From assembly GCF_024502345.1 (NCBI RefSeq), contig NZ_JALDNN010000001.1: DNA of 64,000 nt. One strand, 5' to 3'. The translations under genes and the position numbers were made by a program. The notes under the pieces were generated by a model, which made no database searches, had not been told where the DNA came from, and worked only from the letters and a program-made list of their open reading frames with translations. The DNA comes from Escherichia coli (lineage in GTDB: Bacteria; Pseudomonadota; Gammaproteobacteria; Enterobacterales; Enterobacteriaceae). Of this stretch, positions 1 through 9,818 are shown in pieces; the first letter of the stretch is position 1; each line of letters starts with the position of its first letter.

Positions 1-62
1 CTCAGCCTGATGTTTTTCAATAAAGACATACTTCATTTCAGGCGCTTCGCGAAGTATGTCGC
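1..62 (-). mobile_element. IS3 element, internal segment (3' end of orfA onward); continues past the window edge; split by IS30
   Basis: Reverse complement of 1-62 continues the IS3 OrfA frame (..TYFAKRLK*) that is broken at 1284; GC dinucleotide at 61-62 is repeated at 1284-1285. Confidence 0.7.
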
Positions 63-1283
63 TGTAGATTCAATTGGTCAACGCAACAGTTATGTGAAAA
101 CATGGGGTTGCGGAGGTTTTTTGAATGAGACGAACATTTACAGCAGAGGAAAAAGCCTCTGTTTTTGAACTATGGAAGAACGGAACAGGCTTCAGTGAAA
201 TAGCGAATATCCTGGGTTCAAAACCCGGAACGATCTTCACTATGTTAAGGGATACTGGCGGCATAAAACCCCATGAGCGTAAGCGGGCTGTAGCTCACCT
301 GACACTGTCTGAGCGCGAGGAGATACGAGCTGGTTTGTCAGCCAAAATGAGCATTCGTGCGATAGCTACTGCGCTGAATCGCAGTCCTTCGACGATCTCA
401 CGTGAAGTTCAGCGTAATCGGGGCAGACGCTATTACAAAGCTGTTGATGCTAATAACCGAGCCAACAGAATGGCGAAAAGGCCAAAACCGTGCTTACTGG
501 ATCAAAATTTACCATTGCGAAAGCTTGTTCTGGAAAAGCTGGAGATGAAATGGTCTCCAGAGCAAATATCAGGATGGTTAAGGCGAACAAAACCACGTCA
601 AAAAACGCTGCGAATATCACCTGAGACAATTTATAAAACGCTGTACTTTCGTAGCCGTGAAGCGCTACACCACCTGAATATACAGCATCTGCGACGGTCG
701 CATAGCCTTCGCCATGGCAGGCGTCATACCCGCAAAGGCGAAAGAGGTACGATTAACATAGTGAACGGAACACCAATTCACGAACGTTCCCGAAATATCG
801 ATAACAGACGCTCTCTGGGGCATTGGGAGGGCGATTTAGTCTCAGGTACAAAAAACTCTCATATAGCCACACTTGTAGACCGAAAATCACGTTATACGAT
901 CATCCTTAGACTCAGGGGCAAAGATTCTGTCTCAGTAAATCAGGCTCTTACCGACAAATTCCTGAGTTTACCGTCAGAACTCAGAAAATCACTGACATGG
1001 GACAGAGGAATGGAACTGGCCAGACATCTAGAATTTACTGTCAGCACCGGCGTTAAAGTTTACTTCTGCGATCCTCAGAGTCCTTGGCAGCGGGGAACAA
1101 ATGAGAACACAAATGGGCTAATTCGGCAGTACTTTCCTAAAAAGACATGTCTTGCCCAATATACTCAACATGAACTAGATCTGGTTGCTGCTCAGCTAAA
1201 CAACAGACCGAGAAAGACACTGAAGTTCAAAACACCGAAAGAGATAATTGAAAGGGGTGTTGCATTGACAGATTGAATCTACA
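63..1283 (+). mobile_element. IS30, complete 1221-bp copy
   Basis: Starts TGTAGATTCAATTGGTCAACGC, ends GATTGAATCTACA (terminal inverted repeats); length 1221 bp; single 383-aa transposase ORF; flanked by 2-bp GC direct repeat. Confidence 0.9.
125..1276 (+). CDS. insI: IS30 transposase
   Basis: 383-aa ORF with N-terminal HTH and DDE transposase; matches IS30 InsI as I recall it. Confidence 0.93.
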   Translation: MRRTFTAEEKASVFELWKNGTGFSEIANILGSKPGTIFTMLRDTGGIKPHERKRAVAHLTLSEREEIRAGLSAKMSIRAIATALNRSPSTISREVQRNRGRRYYKAVDANNRANRMAKRPKPCLLDQNLPLRKLVLEKLEMKWSPEQISGWLRRTKPRQKTLRISPETIYKTLYFRSREALHHLNIQHLRRSHSLRHGRRHTRKGERGTINIVNGTPIHERSRNIDNRRSLGHWEGDLVSGTKNSHIATLVDRKSRYTIILRLRGKDSVSVNQALTDKFLSLPSELRKSLTWDRGMELARHLEFTVSTGVKVYFCDPQSPWQRGTNENTNGLIRQYFPKKTCLAQYTQHELDLVAAQLNNRPRKTLKFKTPKEIIERGVALTD

Positions 1284-1555
1284 GCGGCCTTTTGGAGGAT
1301 AGCCAGCTCTTCATCCCGTTCTGCCAGCTGGCGTTTGAGACGTGCAATCTCGGTAGACATCTCCAGTTCACGTTCAGAAGACGTCTGCTGATTTTGCTGT
1401 TTACTGCGCCAGTTGTAGAGCTGTGATTCATACAGGCTGAGTTCACGGGCTGCGGCAGTAACACCGATGCGTTCAGCAAGCTTCAGGGCTTCACTGCGAA
1501 ATTCAGGCGAATGCTGTTTACGGGGTTTTTTACTGGTTGATACTGTTTTTGTCAT
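1284..1555 (-). pseudogene. insE: IS3 OrfA (InsE-type), first ~91 codons; reading frame interrupted by IS30
   Basis: ATG at 1555; frame runs MTKTV..AILQKAA, then enters IS30 at 1283; the remaining codons resume at 62..1. Confidence 0.65.
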
Positions 1556-1620
1556 GTGAGTCACCTCTGACTGAGAGTTTACTCACTTAGCCGCGTGTCC
1601 ACTATTGCTGGGTAAGATCA
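1284..1620 (-). mobile_element. IS3 left-end segment (terminal repeat plus 5' part of orfA)
   Basis: Reverse complement of 1601-1620 is TGATCTTACCCAGCAATAG.., the IS3 terminus as I recall it; OrfA begins MTKTVSTSKKPRKQHSPEFRSEALKLAERIG. Confidence 0.75.
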
Positions 1621-2231
1621 TAGATGCTACGGATATCCATATCCAGAACTTCAGCAATCTGATATGGATTATAACCAGAAACCATATACCCCATTATGGT
1701 GAATTCCATCTGAGTTAATGTGTTACCTCTGGTAAATGATAAATAACGACCAATAAATAGTTGTCTGATCTTTTCATTGGCAACATCAAGACCATCATCA
1801 TTATATATGACAGCAGATATTGCTGAGTTGTGTTTTCGCCAGTAATTAGCTAACGATTGCATATTGCGGTCGCTGACTAAAACAATCCCCATGTCAGTAC
1901 TTGCAAGATAGTCAATCCAGTCTTTTTCAAGGAATAGACGTAAAAAACTTACTGAAAAATCGACAAAAATATATCCGCTTAATCTCGCATTGTGGTTTTT
2001 AGTTAAGATACCTTCTACCACACCACGATTAAAATATGAACTTTCTTCGGGCCACATACAAAAACACGAGTTTGCGCAGTACTGCAAACGCGGTGACTCT
2101 TCTGGCATTATTTGGCAATGCATTGAGCAACTATTGCATGTAAGACTTTTATAACGACTACAAAGCCCCATGTTAAGAACCTCCCTATCCGTATATAATT
2201 GCATAATTTCATTGGTGATTGATGATGTCAA
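1602..2231 (-). CDS. yqeH: LuxR-family (GerE-type HTH) transcriptional regulator, YqeH-like; last codons supplied by the IS3 terminus
   Basis: 209-aa ORF; C-terminal LuxR-type HTH (..GNTLTQMEFTIMGYMVSGYNPYQIAEVLDMDIRSIY); sits next to the yqeG remnant as in K-12; stop codon lies inside the IS3 end. Confidence 0.6.
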   Translation of the reverse strand: MTSSITNEIMQLYTDREVLNMGLCSRYKSLTCNSCSMHCQIMPEESPRLQYCANSCFCMWPEESSYFNRGVVEGILTKNHNARLSGYIFVDFSVSFLRLFLEKDWIDYLASTDMGIVLVSDRNMQSLANYWRKHNSAISAVIYNDDGLDVANEKIRQLFIGRYLSFTRGNTLTQMEFTIMGYMVSGYNPYQIAEVLDMDIRSIYDLTQQ

Positions 2232-2585
2232 TACACCATGATTTTGTAATTTTGCTGGGAAAAATTGCGATTAATCTGTATTTGCTATAATTCTGATTAA
2301 GACATTTTAAAATGCATTTCTCGTTATTAAATATGATTATGTTTCACTGATTTAATCTTACCTGGTTGAGGGTGGTTCAGATAACTATCTCATGGTATGA
2401 GAATATCTATATCGCAAATTGTTTTTGAATGACCAGAAGATATCTTGCGAATCTAAGTTATGCATCTTAAATGGTCTTATTTAAGATGTTCAGATCTCTT
2501 TGTGTGTTTAACTAACTGATAATACTAGGATATGATGAGAGAAGTGATAGGGCGGAATAATAACGAATGAACATTATGAAAACTG

Positions 2586-2620
2586 GAATGGTTCAAAATT
2601 GTAGCAATTTTGAACCATTC
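2586..2620 (-). terminator. Probable terminator hairpin downstream of the yqeG remnant
   Basis: Perfect 15-bp inverted repeat GAATGGTTCAAAATT / AATTTTGAACCATTC with 5-nt loop, directly after the yqeG stop, followed on the minus strand by a U-rich tract. Confidence 0.4.
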
Positions 2621-2630
2621 ACAATGGATA

Positions 2631-2865
2631 TCAGCTAAAGAACATTACCGATACGCACAGGATACCCACGATCAGCGTAATCAGATTTCCGATGGAACGC
2701 CAGGGTTTAAGCGCCGGGATCAGATACGTTGACAACGTAGGCATGATGAAAAGTATCATGGCAATGAGCGGGCCGCTGATCGCGTAAATCATCGAAATCG
2801 CGTTCGGGTTAATGCAACAAACAATGAAGGTGATCAGCGATACCAACATAATTGATAGTGCGCGG
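2631..2865 (-). pseudogene. yqeG: yqeG remnant: C-terminal ~77 codons of an HAAAP-family (SdaC/TdcC-like) transporter, truncated by IS903
   Basis: Frame ..GPLIAMILFIMPTLSTYLIPALKPWRSIGNLITLIVGILCVSVMFFS* aligns with the C-terminus of SdaC in this same window (..[51 protein letters not shown]); upstream part of the frame is IS903 sequence. Confidence 0.65.
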
Positions 2866-3922
2866 GGCTTTGTTGAATAAATCGAACTTTTGCTGAGTTG
2901 AAGGATCAGATCACGTATCTTCCCGACAACGCAGACCGTTCCGTGGCAAAGCAAAAGTTCAAAATCACCAACTGGCCCACCTACAATAAAGCCCTCATCA
3001 ACCGTGGCTCCATAACTTTCTGGCTGGATGATGAAGCTATTCAGGCCTGGTATGAGTCAGCAACACCTTCTTCACGAGGCAGACCTCAGCGCTATTCTGA
3101 CCTTGCCATCACGACTGTGCTGGTCATTAAACGCGTATTCAGGCTGACCCTGCGCGCTGCGCAGGGCTTTATTGATTCCATTTTTTCTCTGATGAACGTT
3201 CCGCTACGCTGCCCGGATTACAGCTGTGTCAGCAGGCGGGCAAAGTCGGTTAATGTCAGTTTCAAAACGCCCACCCGGGGTGAAATCGCACACCTGGTAA
3301 TTGATTCCACCGGGCTGAAGGTCTTCGGTGAAGGCGAGTGGAAAGTCAAAAAGCATGGCCAGGAACGCCGCCGTATCTGGCGTAAGCTGCATCTCGCCGT
3401 TGACAGTAAAACACATGAAATCATCTGCGCTGACCTGTCGCTGAACAACGTTACGGACTCAGAGGCCTTCCCCGGGTTAATCCGGCAAACCCACCGGAAA
3501 ATCAGGTCAGCCGCCGCCGATGGCGCTTACGATACCCGGCTATGTCACGATGAACTGCGGCGTAAGAAAATCAGCGCGCTTATCCCTCCCCGAAAAGGTG
3601 CGGGTTACTGGCCCGGTGAATATGCAGACCGTAACCGTGCAGTGGCTAATCAGCGAATGACCGGGAGTAATGCGCGGTGGAAATGGACAACAGATTACAA
3701 CCGTCGCTCGATAGCGGAAACGGCGATGTACCGGGTAAAACAGCTGTTCGGGGGTTCACTGACACTGCGTGACTACGATGGTCAGGTTGCAGAGGCTATG
3801 GCCCTGGTACGAGCGCTGAACAAAATGACGAAAGCAGGTATGCCTGAAAGCGTGCGTATTGCCTGAAAACACAACCCGCTACGGGGGAGACTTACCCGAA
3901 ATCTGATTTATTCAACAAAGCC
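2866..3922 (+). mobile_element. IS903-group (IS5 family) element, complete 1057 bp, no target-site duplication
   Basis: Left end GGCTTTGTTGAATAAATCG at 2866, inverse copy ending at 3922; exactly 1057 bp; flanks agtgcgcgg / cattcttct do not match, whereas IS903 normally makes a 9-bp duplication. Confidence 0.85.
2943..3866 (+). CDS. IS903-type DDE transposase (307 aa from a GTG start)
   Basis: ORF ..GLKVFGEGEWKVKKHGQERRRIWRKLHLAVD..DGAYDTR..SIAETAMYRVK; the track ORF begins at TTG 2898, but GTG 2943 gives 307 aa, which I recall as the IS903 transposase length. Confidence 0.8.
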   Translation: MAKQKFKITNWPTYNKALINRGSITFWLDDEAIQAWYESATPSSRGRPQRYSDLAITTVLVIKRVFRLTLRAAQGFIDSIFSLMNVPLRCPDYSCVSRRAKSVNVSFKTPTRGEIAHLVIDSTGLKVFGEGEWKVKKHGQERRRIWRKLHLAVDSKTHEIICADLSLNNVTDSEAFPGLIRQTHRKIRSAAADGAYDTRLCHDELRRKKISALIPPRKGAGYWPGEYADRNRAVANQRMTGSNARWKWTTDYNRRSIAETAMYRVKQLFGGSLTLRDYDGQVAEAMALVRALNKMTKAGMPESVRIA

Positions 3923-3940
3923 CATTCTTCTTACTTTTAT

Positions 3941-3966
3941 GACCCTGCCGCATGGCAGGGTTTTTT
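3941..3966 (+). terminator. Intrinsic terminator; probably the 3' terminator of the deleted upstream gene (kduD in K-12)
   Basis: GC stem CCCTGCC / GGCAGGG with 4-nt loop followed by TTTTTT, 20 bp after the IS903 end. Confidence 0.45.
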
Positions 3967-4135
3967 ATATCTGTAGATCATCATAATCCATATCATGGTT
4001 ATGAAATAATCCATATCAATTATCAATTAATGAACTTTATGAATTTTATCTGCTGTAAAATTAGGTGATTAATAATAATATCAATAATTCAACTTAATTT
4101 GAAAATTGGAATATCCATCACATAACGACATGTCG

Positions 4136-4170
4136 TAGCAATTTAATCCATATTTATGCTGTTTCCGACC
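4136..4170 (+). promoter_or_regulatory. araE promoter region with AraC half-site pair
   Basis: TAGCAATTTAATCCATA followed by TTTATGCTGTTTCCGAC resembles the AraC TAGCn7TCCATA motif, about 70 bp upstream of the araE start. Confidence 0.45.
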
Positions 4171-4234
4171 TGACACCTGTGTGAGTTGTTCACGTATTTT
4201 TTCACTATGTCTTACTCTCTGCTGGCAGGAAAAA

Positions 4235-5653
4235 ATGGTTACTATCAATACGGAATCTGCTTTAACGCCACGTTCTTTGCGGGATACGCGGCGTATGAAT
4301 ATGTTTGTTTCGGTAGCTGCTGCGGTCGCAGGATTGTTATTTGGTCTTGATATCGGCGTAATCGCCGGAGCGTTGCCGTTCATTACCGATCACTTTGTGC
4401 TGACCAGTCGTTTGCAGGAATGGGTGGTTAGTAGCATGATGCTCGGTGCAGCAATTGGTGCGCTGTTTAATGGTTGGCTGTCGTTCCGCCTGGGGCGTAA
4501 ATACAGCCTGATGGCGGGGGCCATCCTGTTTGTACTCGGTTCTATAGGGTCCGCTTTTGCGACCAGCGTAGAGATGTTAATCGCCGCTCGTGTGGTGCTG
4601 GGCATTGCTGTCGGGATCGCGTCTTACACCGCTCCTCTGTATCTTTCTGAAATGGCAAGTGAAAACGTTCGCGGTAAGATGATCAGTATGTACCAGTTGA
4701 TGGTCACACTCGGCATCGTGCTGGCGTTTTTATCCGATACAGCGTTCAGTTATAGCGGTAACTGGCGCGCAATGTTGGGGGTTCTTGCTTTACCAGCAGT
4801 TCTGCTGATTATTCTGGTGGTCTTCCTGCCAAATAGCCCGCGCTGGCTGGCGGAAAAGGGGCGTCATATTGAGGCGGAAGAAGTATTGCGTATGCTGCGC
4901 GATACGTCGGAAAAAGCGCGAGAAGAACTCAACGAAATTCGTGAAAGCCTGAAGTTAAAACAGGGCGGTTGGGCACTGTTTAAGATCAACCGTAACGTCC
5001 GTCGTGCTGTGTTTCTCGGTATGTTGTTGCAGGCGATGCAGCAGTTTACCGGTATGAACATCATCATGTACTACGCGCCGCGTATCTTCAAAATGGCGGG
5101 CTTTACGACCACAGAACAACAGATGATTGCGACTCTGGTCGTAGGGCTGACCTTTATGTTCGCCACCTTTATTGCGGTGTTTACGGTAGATAAAGCAGGG
5201 CGTAAACCGGCTCTGAAAATTGGTTTCAGCGTGATGGCGTTAGGCACTCTGGTGCTGGGCTATTGCCTGATGCAGTTTGATAACGGTACGGCTTCCAGTG
5301 GCTTGTCCTGGCTCTCTGTTGGCATGACGATGATGTGTATTGCCGGTTATGCGATGAGCGCCGCGCCAGTGGTGTGGATCCTGTGCTCTGAAATTCAGCC
5401 GCTGAAATGCCGCGATTTCGGTATTACCTGTTCGACCACCACGAACTGGGTGTCGAATATGATTATCGGCGCGACCTTCCTGACGCTGCTCGACAGCATT
5501 GGCGCTGCCGGTACGTTCTGGCTCTACACTGCGCTGAACATTGCGTTTGTGGGCATCACTTTCTGGCTCATTCCGGAAACCAAAAATGTCACGCTGGAAC
5601 ATATCGAACGCAAACTGATGGCAGGCGAGAAGTTGAGAAATATCGGCATCTGA
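4235..5653 (+). CDS. araE: Arabinose:H+ symporter (MFS sugar porter)
   Basis: 472 aa from ATG 4235 ([15 protein letters not shown]..); the track ORF starts earlier at GTG 4181. Confidence 0.93.
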   Translation: MVTINTESALTPRSLRDTRRMNMFVSVAAAVAGLLFGLDIGVIAGALPFITDHFVLTSRLQEWVVSSMMLGAAIGALFNGWLSFRLGRKYSLMAGAILFVLGSIGSAFATSVEMLIAARVVLGIAVGIASYTAPLYLSEMASENVRGKMISMYQLMVTLGIVLAFLSDTAFSYSGNWRAMLGVLALPAVLLIILVVFLPNSPRWLAEKGRHIEAEEVLRMLRDTSEKAREELNEIRESLKLKQGGWALFKINRNVRRAVFLGMLLQAMQQFTGMNIIMYYAPRIFKMAGFTTTEQQMIATLVVGLTFMFATFIAVFTVDKAGRKPALKIGFSVMALGTLVLGYCLMQFDNGTASSGLSWLSVGMTMMCIAGYAMSAAPVVWILCSEIQPLKCRDFGITCSTTTNWVSNMIIGATFLTLLDSIGAAGTFWLYTALNIAFVGITFWLIPETKNVTLEHIERKLMAGEKLRNIGI

Positions 5654-5659
5654 TTTCAC

Positions 5660-5692
5660 GGGCCGGATGTGCTGTACATCCGGCCCTTTTTT
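5660..5692 (+). terminator. araE rho-independent terminator
   Basis: GGGCCGGATGT / ACATCCGGCCC hairpin followed by TTTTTT. Confidence 0.7.
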
Positions 5693-5781
5693 CGTTAATA
5701 GAGATCGGGCACTTGGCCGTTGAGGCGTTTGTCTCGTTCCTTATTCAGCCTTGTTGCGGTAACACACATCAGGAGAGAGGA

Positions 5782-6474
5782 ATGAAAACAATTGGTTTGC
5801 TGGGAGGAATGAGCTGGGAATCCACCATTCCTTACTATCGTTTGATAAATGAAGGCATTAAACAGCGGCTTGGTGGGCTTCACTCTGCGCAAGTGCTGCT
5901 ACATAGCGTCGATTTTCATGAAATAGAAGAGTGCCAGCGTCGCGGGGAATGGGATAAAACCGGGGACATTCTGGCTGAGGCGGCGCTTGGCTTACAGCGG
6001 GCGGGCGCAGAAGGTATTGTGTTATGTACCAATACGATGCATAAAGTGGCGGATGCCATTGAGTCACGTTGCACTCTGCCTTTCTTACACATTGCGGATG
6101 CCACCGGACGTGCAATTACCGGGGCCGGAATGACTCGTGTGGCGCTGCTGGGTACGCGTTACACCATGGAACAGGATTTTTATCGCGGGCGGCTGACGGA
6201 ACAATTTTCCATCAATTGTCTTATTCCTGAAGCGGATGAACGGGCGAAGATTAATCAGATTATTTTTGAAGAACTGTGTCTGGGGCAATTCACCGAAGCG
6301 TCACGCACTTATTATGCGCAAGTGATTGCTCGCCTGGCAGAACAGGGGGCGCAGGGTGTCATTTTTGGCTGCACAGAGATTGGTTTACTGGTGCCAGAAG
6401 AGCGCAGTGTTCTGCCTGTGTTTGATACTGCGGCGATCCATGCCGAGGATGCTGTCGCTTTTATGCTGTCGTAG
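5782..6474 (+). CDS. ygeA: Amino-acid racemase of the Asp/Glu racemase family
   Basis: 230 aa from ATG 5782 behind a GGAGAGAGG RBS; the track ORF 5407-6474 carries a spurious N-terminal extension overlapping araE. Confidence 0.85.
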   Translation: MKTIGLLGGMSWESTIPYYRLINEGIKQRLGGLHSAQVLLHSVDFHEIEECQRRGEWDKTGDILAEAALGLQRAGAEGIVLCTNTMHKVADAIESRCTLPFLHIADATGRAITGAGMTRVALLGTRYTMEQDFYRGRLTEQFSINCLIPEADERAKINQIIFEELCLGQFTEASRTYYAQVIARLAEQGAQGVIFGCTEIGLLVPEERSVLPVFDTAAIHAEDAVAFMLS

Positions 6475-7396
6475 CTGACGACAGAATAGCGTCAAGAGAA
6501 GTGACCAGTTTCGGTAATCCCGCTTGTAAATGCTCACTAAACGCCTGCACCAGCGCTGATGACGGGCGATGCAGAGGGCGGATCAGGCTGACGGTAAACG
6601 GAACCGCAATACTGAACCGCCGCACCACTAAACCGCTTGCCGCATAATCCAGTGCGGTGAGCGGGTTAACCACCGAAACACCTACCCCCGTCCGTACCAT
6701 TGCGCACACTGACGCGGCGCTGTGGGTTTCTACGATCATGCGTCGTTTAACCTGATGTTCAGTAAATAGCTGATCCAGCAACTGGCGATAGCTGTCAGTA
6801 CGGGAAAGGCTGATGTAGTTCTCACCCTGAAAATCATCCGGCGTTAATACCTTTTTTACCGCCAGCGGATGACCCGGAGGTAACACACACACTTCATCTA
6901 AAGAGAGTAATTCAGTACGTTCTGTTCCCGCAGGCGTATGGAGTGTCTCAGTGAGTCCTAAATCATGACGCTGTGCCGAGAGCCACTCTTCAAGTAGCGG
7001 TGATTCCTGGGGCACAATATTTAAGCTGACATCGGGATAACGTGCCAGAAAGGGTTGCAGGAGCTGCGGTAAAAAAGATTGCGAAAAGACCGGCAGGCAG
7101 GCAATAGACAGTTCTCCCTGGCGAAACTCGCGCAGACTTTCTGCGGCGCTGACAATGCGATCCAGTCCGTACCAGGATCGTTGCACTTCTTCAAACAGAC
7201 GCAGTCCTTGCACGGTAGGATGTAATCGTCCACGTACGCGCTCAAACAATTTCAGCCCGATCACCTTCTCAAAGCGCGCCAGTTCGCGGCTGACGGTTGG
7301 CTGTGAGGTGTGTAGCAGGTGTGCTGCCTCAGTCAGGCTTCCGGCGGTCATTACCGCATGAAAAATTTCAATATGACGTAAGTTAACGGCGGCCAT
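6461..7396 (-). CDS. lysR: LysR transcriptional activator of lysA
   Basis: 311 aa LTTR with N-terminal HTH; divergent from lysA. Confidence 0.93.
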   Translation of the reverse strand: MAAVNLRHIEIFHAVMTAGSLTEAAHLLHTSQPTVSRELARFEKVIGLKLFERVRGRLHPTVQGLRLFEEVQRSWYGLDRIVSAAESLREFRQGELSIACLPVFSQSFLPQLLQPFLARYPDVSLNIVPQESPLLEEWLSAQRHDLGLTETLHTPAGTERTELLSLDEVCVLPPGHPLAVKKVLTPDDFQGENYISLSRTDSYRQLLDQLFTEHQVKRRMIVETHSAASVCAMVRTGVGVSVVNPLTALDYAASGLVVRRFSIAVPFTVSLIRPLHRPSSALVQAFSEHLQAGLPKLVTSLDAILSSATTA

Positions 7397-7517
7397 TAGC
7401 GCTCTCTCGCAATCCGGTAATCCATATCATTTTTGCATAGACTCGACATAAATCGATATTTTTTATTCTTTTTATGATGTGGCGTAATCATAAAAAAGCA
7501 CTCATCTGGAGTTTGTT

Positions 7518-8780
7518 ATGCCACATTCACTGTTCAGCACCGATACCGATCTCACCGCCGAAAATCTGCTGCGTTTGCCCGCTGAATTTGGCTGCCCGGT
7601 GTGGGTCTACGATGCGCAAATTATTCGTCGGCAGATTGCAGCGCTGAAACAGTTTGATGTGGTGCGCTTTGCACAGAAAGCCTGTTCCAATATTCATATT
7701 TTGCGATTAATGCGTGAGCAGGGCGTGAAAGTGGATTCCGTCTCGTTAGGCGAAATAGAGCGTGCGTTGGCGGCGGGTTACAATCCGCAAACGCACCCCG
7801 ATGATATTGTTTTTACGGCAGATGTTATCGATCAGGCGACGCTTGAACGCGTCAGTGAATTGCAAATTCCGGTGAATGCGGGTTCTGTTGATATGCTCGA
7901 CCAACTGGGCCAGGTTTCGCCAGGGCATCGGGTATGGCTGCGCGTTAACCCGGGGTTTGGTCACGGACATAGCCAAAAAACCAATACCGGTGGCGAAAAC
8001 AGCAAGCACGGTATCTGGTACACCGATCTGCCCGCCGCACTGGACGTGATACAACGTCATCATCTGCAGCTGGTCGGCATTCACATGCACATTGGTTCTG
8101 GCGTTGATTATGCCCATCTGGAACAGGTGTGTGGTGCTATGGTACGTCAGGTCATCGAATTCGGTCAGGATTTACAGGCTATTTCTGCAGGCGGTGGGCT
8201 TTCTATTCCTTATCAACAGGGTGAAGAGGCGGTTGATACCGAGCATTATTATGGTCTGTGGAATGCCGCGCGTCAGCAAATCGCCCGCCATTTGGGCCAC
8301 CCTGTGAAACTGGAAATTGAACCGGGTCGCTTTCTGGTAGCGCAGTCTGGCGTGTTAATTACTCAGGTGCGGAGCGTCAAACAAATGGGTAGCCGCCACT
8401 TTGTGCTGGTTGATGCCGGGTTCAACGATCTGATGCGCCCGGCAATGTACGGTAGTTACCACCATATCAGTGCCCTGGCAGCTGATGGTCGTTCTCTGGA
8501 ACACGCGCCAACGGTGGAAACCGTCGTCGCCGGGCCATTATGTGAATCGGGCGATGTCTTTACCCAGCAGGAAGGGGGAAATGTTGAAACCCGCGCCTTG
8601 CCGGAAGTGAAGGCGGGTGATTATCTGGTACTGCATGATACAGGGGCATATGGCGCATCAATGTCATCCAACTACAACAGCCGTCCGCTGTTACCAGAAG
8701 TTCTGTTTGATAATGGTCAGGCGCGGTTGATTCGCCGTCGCCAGACCATCGAAGAATTACTGGCGCTGGAATTGCTTTAA
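7518..8780 (+). CDS. lysA: Diaminopimelate decarboxylase
   Basis: 420 aa; PLP-dependent fold-III decarboxylase. Confidence 0.95.
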   Translation: MPHSLFSTDTDLTAENLLRLPAEFGCPVWVYDAQIIRRQIAALKQFDVVRFAQKACSNIHILRLMREQGVKVDSVSLGEIERALAAGYNPQTHPDDIVFTADVIDQATLERVSELQIPVNAGSVDMLDQLGQVSPGHRVWLRVNPGFGHGHSQKTNTGGENSKHGIWYTDLPAALDVIQRHHLQLVGIHMHIGSGVDYAHLEQVCGAMVRQVIEFGQDLQAISAGGGLSIPYQQGEEAVDTEHYYGLWNAARQQIARHLGHPVKLEIEPGRFLVAQSGVLITQVRSVKQMGSRHFVLVDAGFNDLMRPAMYGSYHHISALAADGRSLEHAPTVETVVAGPLCESGDVFTQQEGGNVETRALPEVKAGDYLVLHDTGAYGASMSSNYNSRPLLPEVLFDNGQARLIRRRQTIEELLALELL

Positions 8781-8786
8781 CTGCGG

Positions 8787-9818
8787 TTAGTCGCTGGTTG
8801 CATGATGACTGGCCTCCAGCGACGGAGTTGACACTGAATGGCGACGTACCAGCGTCGGACTAAAGACATTAGTGATTTCCGGGAGAGGGCGATTATCCGC
8901 CAGCGCCAAAGCCAGTTCGGCAGCCTGGGTCGCCATCGTCACGATTGGGTAACGCACGGTGGTCAGGCGCGGGCGCACATAGCGTGACACCAGCACATCA
9001 TCAAAGCCAATTAACGAAATTTCGCCCGGTACATCAATACCATTATCATTGAGAACGCCCATCGCACCCGCCGCCATTGAATCGTTATAACAGGCTACCG
9101 CAGTGAAATTTCTTCCTCGTCCCAAAAGCTCGGTCATTGCCTGTTCGCCGCCGCTTTCGTCTGGTTCGCCAAATGTCACCAGCCGATCATTGGCCGGAAT
9201 ACCACTTTCAGCAAGGGCATCGTAATACCCTTGCAGACGATCTTCGGCGTCAGAAATAGAGTGGTTAGAGCACAGATAACCAATGCGGGTATGACCTTGC
9301 TGAATTAAATGACGCGTTGCCAGCCAGGCACCGTAACGATCGTCAAGAGCAATACAACGGTTTTCAAAGCCAGGCAGGATACGGTTGATCAGCACCATAC
9401 CGGGCATTTGTTTCATTAATGAGGCTAAATCGGCATCCGGGATCATTTTGGCATGGACGACCAACGCAGCACAGCGATGGCGGATCAGTTGCTCAATAGC
9501 CTGACGCTCTTTTTGTTCGTTGTGGTAACCGTTGCCAATCAATAAGAAATTACCGGTGTGATAAGCCACCTGTTCGACCGCTTTCACCATTGCACCGAAA
9601 AACGGATCGGAAACATCACCAACGACCAGACCGACCGTTTCAGTGGTCTGCTGCGCCAGCGCACGGGCGTTGGCGTTCGGGTGATAGCTAAGAGACTCCA
9701 TTGCACTATGCACAGCCAGCCGGGACGCTTCGCTGGCTTTGGGTGAATTATTAATGACGCGGGAAACGGTGGCGACTGAAACGCCTGCCAGTCGGGCTAC
9801 ATCCTTTATGGTCGCCAT
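8787..9818 (-). CDS. galR: Galactose repressor (LacI family)
   Basis: 343 aa, MATIKDVARLAGVSVATVSRVIN.. HTH. Confidence 0.95.
   Translation of the reverse strand: MATIKDVARLAGVSVATVSRVINNSPKASEASRLAVHSAMESLSYHPNANARALAQQTTETVGLVVGDVSDPFFGAMVKAVEQVAYHTGNFLLIGNGYHNEQKERQAIEQLIRHRCAALVVHAKMIPDADLASLMKQMPGMVLINRILPGFENRCIALDDRYGAWLATRHLIQQGHTRIGYLCSNHSISDAEDRLQGYYDALAESGIPANDRLVTFGEPDESGGEQAMTELLGRGRNFTAVACYNDSMAAGAMGVLNDNGIDVPGEISLIGFDDVLVSRYVRPRLTTVRYPIVTMATQAAELALALADNRPLPEITNVFSPTLVRRHSVSTPSLEASHHATSD

Noticed and set aside
2898-2942. Transposase N-terminal extension from the TTG start at 2898 (322 aa)
   Set aside because: GTG at 2943 gives 307 aa, the IS903 transposase length I recall; the TTG start is a track artefact of taking the longest ORF.
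5407-6474. 355-aa ORF as an extended ygeA
   Set aside because: The first 125 codons overlap the araE 3' end in another frame; true ygeA starts at ATG 5782 behind a GGAG RBS and gives the expected 230 aa.
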